From: an uncultured Planctomycetales bacterium
GTDB taxonomy: Bacteria; Planctomycetota; Phycisphaerae; UBA1845; Fen-1342
DNA: 25,095 nt
Direction: 5' to 3'
Assembly: GCA_964403685.1 (NCBI GenBank)
Contig: CAYOHG010000001.1
Coordinates: 1 to 25,095, forward strand
Below, piece after piece: positions 1 through 8,143 of this stretch (positions within the stretch are counted from its first letter, which is position 1; each line of letters begins with the position of its first letter). The position numbers and the translations under genes were made by a program. The notes beneath the pieces were generated by a model. That model was not told the origin of the DNA. It did not search any database and saw nothing but the letters and a program-made list of their open reading frames with translations.

Positions 1-1
1 C

Positions 2-826
2 AGGCTCGCTTTCTACGGGATGAGCTGGGGAGCATGGATGGGAGCTTTTATCCCGGCGGTTGAGGAGCGGCTCAAGGCCAACATCATGATGGGGAGTGGT
101 TTCGACATCGTCAATCCGCGTCCCCGTCCCGAGGTCAACGAAACGAATTACCTGCCCCGGGTGAATATCCCGACCCTGATGCTCAACGGCAGATACGACA
201 CTCTATGCAACTTCGAGAGATCGATAAAGCCGATGTTCGACCTCCTGGGAACCCCGAGAGAACACAAGGCCCTGAAGCTCTACGAAACCGACCACATCCC
301 TCCCAAGAATGAATTCGTCAAGGAGATCCTGGCCTGGCTGGAGCGGGGGCGGCCGCAGCAGATTTACGCCGCCGGCGACCTCAGCGATCCGCACGGCACG
401 CACCGGGTGTGCCTCGATGCGATTCTGACGGCCATGCGGCAGTTGCGCCGGGAGGCCGGCGCGGGTCGTGCCGAGGCCGAGTGGTCCTGTTCGTGCGAGG
501 TCTGGCTATACCGCGGCGCGTGGCAGGAATGGGAACCGCACGAAATCGAGATGGCCGTTCCGCTCAGCCCCGACGAGGTCGAGCGGAAGCGCATGGCGAT
601 CTTCTTTCACGAATCGCAGAAGGACAAGGCGCTGTTCCCCGGTCCCTGGGACACGCGCGAATTCTGGAAGCGGGCCGAGGACCGCAACGCCAACACGGCG
701 CGGATCTACGACGAGCTGGGACTGCCGGAGTATCAGGCGATCGAGGCATTCGTGCGCTGGCAACCGGACGCACAGAGCCAGGGCGCGGATCGAAGTGCGG
801 TGAAGTCGCCAGGAAATCGTGAGTAG
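2..826 (+). CDS. 5'-truncated, apparently chimeric ORF: alpha/beta-hydrolase C-terminus (about 2-345) fused in frame to the C-terminal region of a long-form glucosamine-6-phosphate deaminase (NagB with PIG-L-like domain; about 346-826)
   Basis: The frame is open from base 2 (RLAFYGMSWG = GxSxG nucleophile elbow, then MLNGRYD and ETDHIPP, ending KEILAWLER). It then switches to PQQIYAAGDLSDPHGTHRVCL...VWLYRGAWQEW...AVPLSPDEV..KR.AIF.HESQKD..LFPG...REFW.RAEDRN, which I recognise as the long NagB C-terminus. Confidence 0.7.
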   Translation, partial: RLAFYGMSWGAWMGAFIPAVEERLKANIMMGSGFDIVNPRPRPEVNETNYLPRVNIPTLMLNGRYDTLCNFERSIKPMFDLLGTPREHKALKLYETDHIPPKNEFVKEILAWLERGRPQQIYAAGDLSDPHGTHRVCLDAILTAMRQLRREAGAGRAEAEWSCSCEVWLYRGAWQEWEPHEIEMAVPLSPDEVERKRMAIFFHESQKDKALFPGPWDTREFWKRAEDRNANTARIYDELGLPEYQAIEAFVRWQPDAQSQGADRSAVKSPGNRE

Positions 827-901
827 CGATGGGCGAATCGCGCGTGAAAACCGACCGCTCGGCAGCGCGGTTGGAATGGCCGGCAGCACCCGGAGAGATG
901 C

Positions 902-2533
902 GTGACGAATTTCTACCTCCCGATCGACGGCAGCATCGTCGGTCTCTACCTGCTGGCCACGATGCTCGCCGGCATCCTGGTACGCAAGTACGTCTCGAAG
1001 GTCGAGCACTTTCTCGTCGCCGGCCGCGAGATGAACGTCTACCTTGGCATCGCTTCGCTCGCGGCGACCGAATTCGGCATCATCACCTGCATGTACACCG
1101 CGCAGAACGGGTACAAGTACGGCTTCGCGGGCGCGACGCCCGGCCTGATTCAGGCCGTCGCGATGTTCGTGATCGGGATGACCGGCTTCTGCGTCAAGCC
1201 GTTGCGCGATTCCGGCGTCATCACGATCCCCGAGCTGTTCGAGCAGCGCTTCGGGTCGCGCATCCGCTGGCTGGCCGGCGTGGTGATTGCGCTGGGCGGT
1301 CTGCTGAACATGGGCATCTTCCTGCGCGTTGGCGGTGATTTTCTCGTCGTTGTCGCCGGCCTCAATCCCGACTACCTCGAACTCACCATGACCGGGCTGC
1401 TGGTCGCGGTCGCCGTTTACACCATCCTCGGCGGCATGCTCTCGGTGCTGATCACCGATTTCCTGCAATTCGTCGTCATGAGCGCGGGCATGCTCGCCGT
1501 CACGTTTCTGGTGCTCTACCAGGTCGGTTGGGGCAAGCTGGCCACCACCGTCGAGGAGCACTACGGCGAGGGCGGCTTCAACCCGTTCGCCAACGCCGAG
1601 CTTGGCTGGAGCTTCGTGATCTTCCAGATTTTCATTCAAACGGCGGCGACGCTCACCTGGCAGGCCGTTACGGCCCGACTGCTTGCTGCCAAGGACTCCC
1701 GGACGGGCCGGCGCGTCTTTACCGGGACGGCCTTTTTCTTCTTCTGTCGGTTCCTCGTTCCTGGATTGTGGGGCATCGCAGCCCTGGCGATGCTCGGCTG
1801 GCAACCGTTGGAGCGGCTGACCGGAGATGAACGCGCGCGGATTGCTCCAGAGCTGCAAGCCAAGATCGAAGCCAGCCATGTGCCGAACGCTCTCTCGGAA
1901 CTAACGAAGGAAGAGCGCACGGAATTACCCCAGGACATCAAGCAGAAGCTCGGCGATCTGTCGCTGCATGAGATGCCGAAGTTTCTGGCGAACTTCGTTC
2001 CCGTCGGGTTGCTGGGACTGCTCATCGCCGCGATGCTCGCCGCGGACATGTCGACCGACTCGTCGTACATGCTCACCTGGGCCAGCGTGATCTACAACGA
2101 CATCCTGGCGCCGTTTCGCCGCAAGCGCCCGCACTCGGAGCAGCGCGGCTTGCTGTGGAACCGCTTCATCGTGGCGATGATCGGGATCTACCTGCTGATC
2201 TTCGGGCTGTGGTACAAGCTGGAGGGCGATCTGTGGACCTACTGCACGCTGACGGGCTCGATTTACCTCGCCAGCATGTCGGTGCTGCTGATCGCCTGCT
2301 GCTATTGGAAGCGCGCCAATAGCTGGGGCGCGGGGGCGGCGATCGTCGTCGGCGCGGTCATGCCGATCGCGTTCCTGGTGATGCAGAAGCTGCCCGCGAC
2401 CGCGGGGCTGGCCGAGCGGATCGGGCCGTACTATTCGGGCATCTCGGCCTACGTGCTGGCCGGCCTGGCGATGCTCATCGGCTCGCTGCTGAAACCCGCA
2501 TCGTCGTCGACGCCGACCGGAGCGCGAGCATGA
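902..2533 (+). CDS. Sodium:solute symporter (SSS/SLC5) family protein
   Basis: 543 aa with many hydrophobic segments and SSS-type motifs (HFLVAGR, SLAATEFG, TIPELFEQRFG, YTILGGMLSVLITDFLQF, GLLIAAMLAADMST). GTG start with GGAGA just upstream. Confidence 0.92.
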   Translation: MTNFYLPIDGSIVGLYLLATMLAGILVRKYVSKVEHFLVAGREMNVYLGIASLAATEFGIITCMYTAQNGYKYGFAGATPGLIQAVAMFVIGMTGFCVKPLRDSGVITIPELFEQRFGSRIRWLAGVVIALGGLLNMGIFLRVGGDFLVVVAGLNPDYLELTMTGLLVAVAVYTILGGMLSVLITDFLQFVVMSAGMLAVTFLVLYQVGWGKLATTVEEHYGEGGFNPFANAELGWSFVIFQIFIQTAATLTWQAVTARLLAAKDSRTGRRVFTGTAFFFFCRFLVPGLWGIAALAMLGWQPLERLTGDERARIAPELQAKIEASHVPNALSELTKEERTELPQDIKQKLGDLSLHEMPKFLANFVPVGLLGLLIAAMLAADMSTDSSYMLTWASVIYNDILAPFRRKRPHSEQRGLLWNRFIVAMIGIYLLIFGLWYKLEGDLWTYCTLTGSIYLASMSVLLIACCYWKRANSWGAGAAIVVGAVMPIAFLVMQKLPATAGLAERIGPYYSGISAYVLAGLAMLIGSLLKPASSSTPTGARA

Positions 2534-2673
2534 ACGTGCTGAAGTCCATCTGGCTGGTGCTGGTCGCCGCGGCCCTCGTGTGGTACTCGACGATCACGGT
2601 CTACGTGGCGATCCGCGGTGTGCTGGATATTCGCGATATGCTCGCGCGGCTGAAGCGGCCCGAAGGGGAGTAA
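2530..2673 (+). CDS. Small (47 aa) single-pass membrane protein, putative symporter accessory subunit
   Basis: Not in the ORF track. ATGA overlap with the symporter stop. MNVLKSIWLVLVAAALVWYSTITVYVAIRGVLDIRDMLARLKRPEGE*, with GC-rich third codon positions. Confidence 0.8.
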   Translation: MNVLKSIWLVLVAAALVWYSTITVYVAIRGVLDIRDMLARLKRPEGE

Positions 2674-2728
2674 GGGGCTGCCGCAGCGCGCTTGCTCGCG
2701 AGTGAAACCGTTCGCCGGCCGGGGCGCA

Positions 2729-2802
2729 TGGGCGGTACTGGACTCGAACCAGTGACCCCGTCCTTGTAAGGGACGTGCTCTAGCCAACTGAGCTAACCGC
2801 CC
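2729..2802 (-). tRNA. tRNA-Val (anticodon TAC), CCA not encoded
   Basis: The reverse complement folds as a cloverleaf: acceptor GGGCGGT/ACCGCCC, anticodon arm CGTCC-CTTACAA-GGACG, T-arm ACTGG-TTCGAGT-CCAGT. Confidence 0.97.
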
Positions 2803-2989
2803 GACGTAACGGCGCACATCCTATACCGACGGTCACGACTCGGCGACGGCGGATGGCGGCCGTACGAGTTACCGCGTCGCTCCGTAGCGTCGCCGCTCGC
2901 AGGGCGACAACGGATTGGCGAATACATCGGCCACGGCGGTCCGACCGTCCCTCGATTGTGCCGCCGACCCGGCGCCAAGGGCCAACGAC

Positions 2990-4885
2990 TCAGGCGCGCG
3001 GCTCGCCCCCGGCACTGGATAGCACCTGCTGGACGCGGTTCAGCAGTTCGTGCGGCTCCAGCGGCTTCTGTAGAAAACGCAGCGGGTCGATCGGCCCGAC
3101 CTGCTGAGCGACCAGCTCCGCCGCGTAGCCCGACACGTACAGCACCTCCATCGTCGGTCGTTCGGCGACCAGGCGCTGGGCCAGAAAGCGGCCGTTCATG
3201 TCCGGCATGACCACGTCGGTCAGCAGCAGATCGATCGGGCCGTGCCGACTGGCAAGCTCCAGCGCCTGGCTGGCGTGCTCGGCCACCAGCACGCGATAGC
3301 CGGCCCCGTTGAGAAACGCGCTGGTCGAATCGCGGACCGCCGGGTCGTCTTCGCACACGAGGATGGTCTTGCGGCTTACCCCGCTGTCGCGTGGCGATCG
3401 CAGGGTCGTCACGTGCGGGTCGGATTCGGGCCTGGCCGCCGGGAAACAGACCGTCACGGTAGTGCCGAGCTGCGGCTGGCTTTGGACATGCAGGTGCCCG
3501 TGGGCCTGTTCGACAACGGCACGGACGGTGGCCAGCCCGAGCCCGGTGCCCTGACCGACGTGCTTGGTGGTGAAGAAGGGTTCGAAGATGCGCTGCACGG
3601 TGTCCGGGTCCATGCCGACGCCCGTGTCGCGGATGCTGACCGCCACGAACGCCCCGGGCCGGGCGCCGGTGTCGCTTGAAAGTTCCGCCGGGCCCAGCTC
3701 GATCGAGCGCGTCGCAATGGTCAGCACGCCGCCGTCGGGCATGGCGTCGCGCGCATTGACCGTTAGGTTCATAATGAGCTGCGTGAACTGCCGCGGATCC
3801 ACCCGGATGCGCTGGACGCCGGCGGCTTTGACGATGTGCAGTCGAACGCGGTCGCCGACGAGCCGCTTGAGCATGGGGTGAAGCTCGTCGAGCAATTGGC
3901 GCGGGTCGATCAGTTGCGGCCGCGCACTGCGCCCGCTGAGAAAGTCGAAAAGCTGGCGGGTCAGCGCGCCGGCCTCCTGCGACCAGCGGTCCACCTGCCG
4001 CAGCCGGATCAGGATCGGGTCGTCTTCGGGCAGCTCGGCGGTCAGCGGACCGCGCAGCAGCTCGACGTTGGCGGCGATGGCGAAGAGGATGTTGTTGATG
4101 TCGTGGGCCACGCGACCGGCCAGCAGCCCGACCGACACGAGTTCCTGCGAAAGCAGCATCTGCTGCTTGAGCCGCTCGTGCTCCTCCTGCGACGACTTCC
4201 GCGCGGTGATGTCCTCGGCCACGCCCAGGATGCAGCGCACCCGGCCGTCGGGGTCGCGCGAAAACACGCGGTCCCAGCAGTGCGACCAGCGCCACGAGCC
4301 GTCCGCGGCGCGCAGCCGGTATTGCGTCTCGATCACTTCCTCGTCGCGCACCTTCTCCCAGCGATCCAGGAGATGTTCAAGATGCCGCAGGTCGCCGGGA
4401 TGCAGCAGCCGATGCAGTACCCGCGGCCCCAGCGCCAGCAGCGCGTCCGGCGAGTAGCCCAGCCGATCCGTCACGCGCTCGTTGATGAACAGCAACCGGC
4501 GTTCGAGCCGGTCGAGCACGTAGACAACCAGCGGGCCCTGCGAAATGACCGCCCGGGCGACGCGCTGCGCCAGCGCCTCCTCGTTGGGTGGGAATGGCGA
4601 GTTTCCGCCGGTCAGACGCGGTGCCGCTTCCATCGCTGCGCAACGCCCCGCCAGCAGCCCCAGCACGCCAACGATGCCCAGCAGCGCGGCCGGTGCGGTG
4701 GAGCGCGCATCGGCGGCTCGCGCGCTGCTTGGGCAGTCGTTCGCTCTGGCCGCTGACGCGCAGGTCGCCAGCAGGATGACAGCCCACGGGCGGATCAGGC
4801 CCGCCCGCCGAGCCGCGGCGATTCGCACGATTGGCAGGGGCGCCTCGTCCGCAGACCCGCACCGCTGAGCGTCGCAGAGGATCAT
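2990..4885 (-). CDS. Hybrid sensor histidine kinase/response regulator (PAS-HisKA-HATPase_c-REC)
   Basis: PAS_3-like region (LHPGDL...YRLRAADGSWRW), H-box VAHDINN, N-box NLTVNARDAM, G-boxes DTGVGM and FEPFFTTK..GTGLGL, receiver ILVCEDD...LLTDVVMP...QKP. Start uncertain (ATG at 4945, 4885 or 4633); the track's extension to 5353 overlaps the next gene. Confidence 0.9.
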   Translation of the reverse strand: MILCDAQRCGSADEAPLPIVRIAAARRAGLIRPWAVILLATCASAARANDCPSSARAADARSTAPAALLGIVGVLGLLAGRCAAMEAAPRLTGGNSPFPPNEEALAQRVARAVISQGPLVVYVLDRLERRLLFINERVTDRLGYSPDALLALGPRVLHRLLHPGDLRHLEHLLDRWEKVRDEEVIETQYRLRAADGSWRWSHCWDRVFSRDPDGRVRCILGVAEDITARKSSQEEHERLKQQMLLSQELVSVGLLAGRVAHDINNILFAIAANVELLRGPLTAELPEDDPILIRLRQVDRWSQEAGALTRQLFDFLSGRSARPQLIDPRQLLDELHPMLKRLVGDRVRLHIVKAAGVQRIRVDPRQFTQLIMNLTVNARDAMPDGGVLTIATRSIELGPAELSSDTGARPGAFVAVSIRDTGVGMDPDTVQRIFEPFFTTKHVGQGTGLGLATVRAVVEQAHGHLHVQSQPQLGTTVTVCFPAARPESDPHVTTLRSPRDSGVSRKTILVCEDDPAVRDSTSAFLNGAGYRVLVAEHASQALELASRHGPIDLLLTDVVMPDMNGRFLAQRLVAERPTMEVLYVSGYAAELVAQQVGPIDPLRFLQKPLEPHELLNRVQQVLSSAGGEPRA

Positions 4886-4940
4886 GAATCCCCGCCGCCG
4901 AGTACCTGGAAATTCACTGCGCAAGAACTGAGATGCGCTA

Positions 4941-4969
4941 CTCATACGTCCGTCGGAAGCGAGCGTCAA
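4941..4969 (-). promoter_or_regulatory. Possible sigma70-type promoter for the hybrid kinase
   Basis: TTGACG-N17-TATGAG on the minus strand. Good -35; the -10 lacks the final T. Confidence 0.3.
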
Positions 4970-5004
4970 GCGAACTTTGTGTCGGCCTGGGCGGCGAACC
5001 CGGC

Positions 5005-6270
5005 TCAGCCGCCGCCCGCGCCGCCCGGTTGCACACAGACGTTGCCGGCGTCCTCGACCCGCAGCCCGTTGAGAGGTTCCTCCGAAGCCGCGGCCGGAAT
5101 CGCACGCAGCGCCGCGTCCACGGAATCGAAGCGTTGAAGGCCGCACAGTGCCGCGTCGGCGGCGGAAACGTTGCGGGAGGCCAGCAGCACGCGTACACCG
5201 CGCTGGCACGAGTCGGTCAGGTGCCGCAGCTTGACCGCCTTGTGGTCGCCCAGGCGGTACCCGCGCTGCGCGACGGTCGCGACGGCGCCGGCATAGTCCG
5301 GCGCATCCCGCAGCAGCGTCAGAAACGCGGCGGGTCCGACGCCGAGCGAGCACTCCGCCTCCAGCACGATCCAGCCACGGTCGCGTACCGCGCGGTGGTT
5401 GTTCTTGAGGGCCTTATCGGCCTGATAGAGGCTGCGGCCCAACGGAGCCGGGACGCGCAGGTGCAGCACATCCGCGGGCTGCGCGACGGTGTGCGAATAA
5501 ACCGACCGGGCGAGCGGCAGGAGCGCATGCAGTGATTCGAGCGGTTCGCCGGCGCTGGCATCGATCCAGGCGCCGTCTACGACGACCAGGTTGACCGCCG
5601 CGATTCGCCTGCCACTGCGCATCAGGGTGTGCAGCGCGGCCGCGACGCCGTCGAATACGGGATTCCCATGCAGCGCCAGCACGTCGGAGGCCGGGTCCAG
5701 CGCACCGCGGTGGTTCTGCTCGATATCGGCCCGCGACAAGACGCCGATGGTCACGGTCTTGTGCGCCCCGGTCGCACCGGCGAAGTAGTGCGGCTCAATG
5801 CTGCCGATGGGCAGAAGAAATCGATGCTGCGCCAGCCGCAGGTCGAACCGCAGCCCGCCGATGGAAACGTGCTCGGCCCTGGCGTCGGCGTCGTGCCAGC
5901 TCACCTGCTCGATCGGCAGGCCGCAGTTGTCGAATGTGTCGCGCTCGAACACGGCGCGCTCCGCCGCCGAAAACCGGTGCGTGCCCGTCGCAACCAGCGC
6001 CGCAAACCTGGCGCCCGCGTGGGCCGCGGCCGGCAATCTGGAAAGCGCTTGCAGCACTTCACGCGTAGGAGTCGCGCGGTCGCCGTCATTAACACACAGC
6101 AGGATCGCCTCGCCGCACTCGCGGGCGTCGCGCAGCAGGCCTGTGAGGCGCTGACTCGAACCCAGGATGTCCGCCAGTTCGTCCAGCGCACGCGCCCGGT
6201 CGGCAGCGCGCGGCGCAAGCGCTGTCCAGTGAATCTCGGCGGGCACCAGAGACTGTCGGCCAGGCGGCAT
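5005..6270 (-). CDS. LarA-family (lactate racemase-like, DUF2088) nickel-pincer-dependent racemase/epimerase
   Basis: Motifs NDGDRATP, ATGTHR, GSIEPHYFAGATGAHK, EQNH, SLYQADKAL and LEAECSLG match LarA-family motifs. Probable start ATG 6270; the track start at 6381 overlaps glpX. Confidence 0.85.
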   Translation of the reverse strand: MPPGRQSLVPAEIHWTALAPRAADRARALDELADILGSSQRLTGLLRDARECGEAILLCVNDGDRATPTREVLQALSRLPAAAHAGARFAALVATGTHRFSAAERAVFERDTFDNCGLPIEQVSWHDADARAEHVSIGGLRFDLRLAQHRFLLPIGSIEPHYFAGATGAHKTVTIGVLSRADIEQNHRGALDPASDVLALHGNPVFDGVAAALHTLMRSGRRIAAVNLVVVDGAWIDASAGEPLESLHALLPLARSVYSHTVAQPADVLHLRVPAPLGRSLYQADKALKNNHRAVRDRGWIVLEAECSLGVGPAAFLTLLRDAPDYAGAVATVAQRGYRLGDHKAVKLRHLTDSCQRGVRVLLASRNVSAADAALCGLQRFDSVDAALRAIPAAASEEPLNGLRVEDAGNVCVQPGGAGGG

Positions 6271-6304
6271 CGCGCAGAGTGTATCGAGATGAGGCCCCGG
6301 CGGC

Positions 6305-6333
6305 TTGTGGCCGGCGCGCCGGCGAGCTAGGCT
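6305..6333 (+). promoter_or_regulatory. Possible sigma70 promoter for glpX-dtd
   Basis: TTGTGG-N17-TAGGCT, about 46 nt upstream of the glpX ATG. Confidence 0.45.
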
Positions 6334-6379
6334 TACGACTTCATCGCGCGCCGTTCGGAAGGTCATTGGAGAGCGAGTC

Positions 6380-7444
6380 ATGCCGTTTGAGACCAGCCAG
6401 TTTCACATCCCGGAGTCGGAAGATGAAAAGCAGATCGGGCTCGATCTGGTGCGCGCTTCCGAGGCCGCGGCGCTGAACGTCTTTAAGTGGATCGGCAAGG
6501 GCGACAAGATCTCCGCCGACGCCGCCGCCACCGACGCCATCCGCGGCATGCTGAACATCGTCGACATGTGCGGCATGTGCACGATCGGCGAAGGCATCAA
6601 GGACGAAGCCCCCGGCATCTTCGTCGGCGAGCGCCTGGGCACGTGGAAGGAAGGCTCGCCGCACACGAGCATCGCCATCGACCCGATCGACGGGACGACG
6701 CTGACGTCCAAGGGGCTGCCCGGCGCGCTGGCGGTAATTGCGGCCGCCAAGACACGCTCGCCGGAGGAGCGCGCCCTTCAGGAGATTCCCAGCGTCTACA
6801 TGGAGAAGATCGCGGTCGGCCCCAGGATCAAGGAGGGCACCGGTACGATCCGCTTTGATGTGCCCGTCGAGCAGAACCTCGAGCTGATCGCGCTCAAGCA
6901 AGGCAAGCGCGTCCGCGACCTGGTCGTTTGCATTCTGGACCGCCCGCGGCATGAAAAGCTCATCCAGGAAGTGCGACAGCGCGGCGCATCGATCCGTCTG
7001 ATCGGCGACGGCGACGTGGCCGGCGCGATCGCACCGTCGATGCCGGACAGCGGGGTCGACGTATACATGGGCGTCGGCGGCTCACCCGAGGCGGTGCTGG
7101 CCGCCGCCGCGATCAAGTGCCTTGGCGGCGAGATTCTCTGCCGCATCTGGCCGCGCGACGACGAGGAGCGCAAGCGGCTGGTCGACGCCGGGTACGGCCC
7201 CGAGGAGATTCGGCGCGTCTACAACTCGGAAGAACTGGCCAAGGGCGACGGCATCGTCTTCGTCGCGACCGGGATCACCGACAACGCCATGCTGCGCGGC
7301 GTGCGCGTTGACGGGCGCTACGCCAAGACGCATTCGATCGTAATGCGCTCACGTTCGCGGACGATCCGCTACATCACGGCCTTTCACGACTTGACCCGCA
7401 AGACGATCCGGCTGGAGAGCGAGGCCGGCGAGAAATCGCTGTAA
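6380..7444 (+). CDS. glpX: Class II fructose-1,6-bisphosphatase (GlpX)
   Basis: DLVRASEAAA, ADAAAT, IGEGIKDEAP, AIDPIDGT, ILDRPRH, LIGDGDVAG, GVGGSPEAVLAAAAIKCLGG, FVATGITD. GGAGAG RBS before ATG 6380. Confidence 0.96.
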   Translation: MPFETSQFHIPESEDEKQIGLDLVRASEAAALNVFKWIGKGDKISADAAATDAIRGMLNIVDMCGMCTIGEGIKDEAPGIFVGERLGTWKEGSPHTSIAIDPIDGTTLTSKGLPGALAVIAAAKTRSPEERALQEIPSVYMEKIAVGPRIKEGTGTIRFDVPVEQNLELIALKQGKRVRDLVVCILDRPRHEKLIQEVRQRGASIRLIGDGDVAGAIAPSMPDSGVDVYMGVGGSPEAVLAAAAIKCLGGEILCRIWPRDDEERKRLVDAGYGPEEIRRVYNSEELAKGDGIVFVATGITDNAMLRGVRVDGRYAKTHSIVMRSRSRTIRYITAFHDLTRKTIRLESEAGEKSL

Positions 7445-7448
7445 ACCG

Positions 7449-7898
7449 GTGCGCGCGGTCGTTCAGCGAGTGCTGTCGGCGTCGGTCGAGGTGAACGGCA
7501 CCGTCGTCGGCCGGATCGGCGCCGGGCTGCTGGTCTACGCCGCCGCGGCCCCCGACGACGCCGACCCCGATGTAGCCTACATCGCCGACAAGGTCGCCGG
7601 CCTGCGGGTTTTTCCCGATGCGGCGGACAAGATGAACCAGTCCGTCAGCGACACCGGCGGATCCGTGCTGCTGGTCAGTGCGTTCACCGTTCACGCCAAC
7701 GCGCGCAAGGGTCGCCGGCCGTCATTCGACTCGTCGGCGAGCGGCGAAACCGCCCGTCCGCTCATCGAGCAATTGCTCAGGGCCCTGCGTGGCCGGGGGC
7801 TGACCGTCGAAACCGGTCGCTTCGGCGAATACATGACGGTCGCCTCGGTGAACGACGGCCCCATCTGCATCCTGCTCGATTCGCGGCGACTGTTCTGA
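7449..7898 (+). CDS. dtd: D-aminoacyl-tRNA deacylase
   Basis: MRAVVQRV start, LRVFPD...KMN.SV, GRRPSF, TGRFG, NDGP. Lies 4 bp after glpX. The SQFT motif appears as SAFT. Confidence 0.95.
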   Translation: MRAVVQRVLSASVEVNGTVVGRIGAGLLVYAAAAPDDADPDVAYIADKVAGLRVFPDAADKMNQSVSDTGGSVLLVSAFTVHANARKGRRPSFDSSASGETARPLIEQLLRALRGRGLTVETGRFGEYMTVASVNDGPICILLDSRRLF

Positions 7899-8143
7899 AC
7901 ACGGCTGGATGAATGGTATGGCGCTGGCCTGGCCGAAATGCGCAGCGGGTCGGGACTAAGGTTCGCGCTCTTCAGGCCGACAGCCGGCGGCGGCCCTGGT
8001 GAGTGGTATTGCGGCCGCTCTTGCGTCGGGACGCCTGAACGAGACACGGCCGCGGGCGGCTGTGCTCCAGAGCGTTAAGCGAGTAGAGTGGCCTGGGCGA
8101 GGCGCGACCCACCGCATCAGCTAACCGGCGCACGCAGGCCAGC

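Noticed and set aside
506-1879. 457-aa minus-strand ORF, and similar long antisense ORFs (3836-4756, 11392-12432, 14318-15181, 20941-22161, 23344-24708)
   Set aside because: They lie antisense to well-supported genes. In high-GC DNA with biased codon usage such stop-free shadow frames are expected, and the translations show no family motifs.
2674-2802. tRNA-Val, tRNA-Arg or tRNA-Leu as integration sites of a genomic island
   Set aside because: I found no duplicated tRNA 3' end, no integrase and no compositional shift next to them within the window.
2793-4295. 500-aa Arg/Ala/Pro-rich alternative-frame ORF and many similar RAP-rich ORFs in the track
   Set aside because: Frame-shifted readings of GC-rich coding DNA overlapping real genes; no RBS or domain signal.
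7899-8143. 245-bp gap between dtd and the MFS gene as a riboswitch, ncRNA or small ORF
   Set aside because: No recognisable aptamer motif, terminator or credible ORF; only a weak TAGAGT -10 candidate at 8084-8089.
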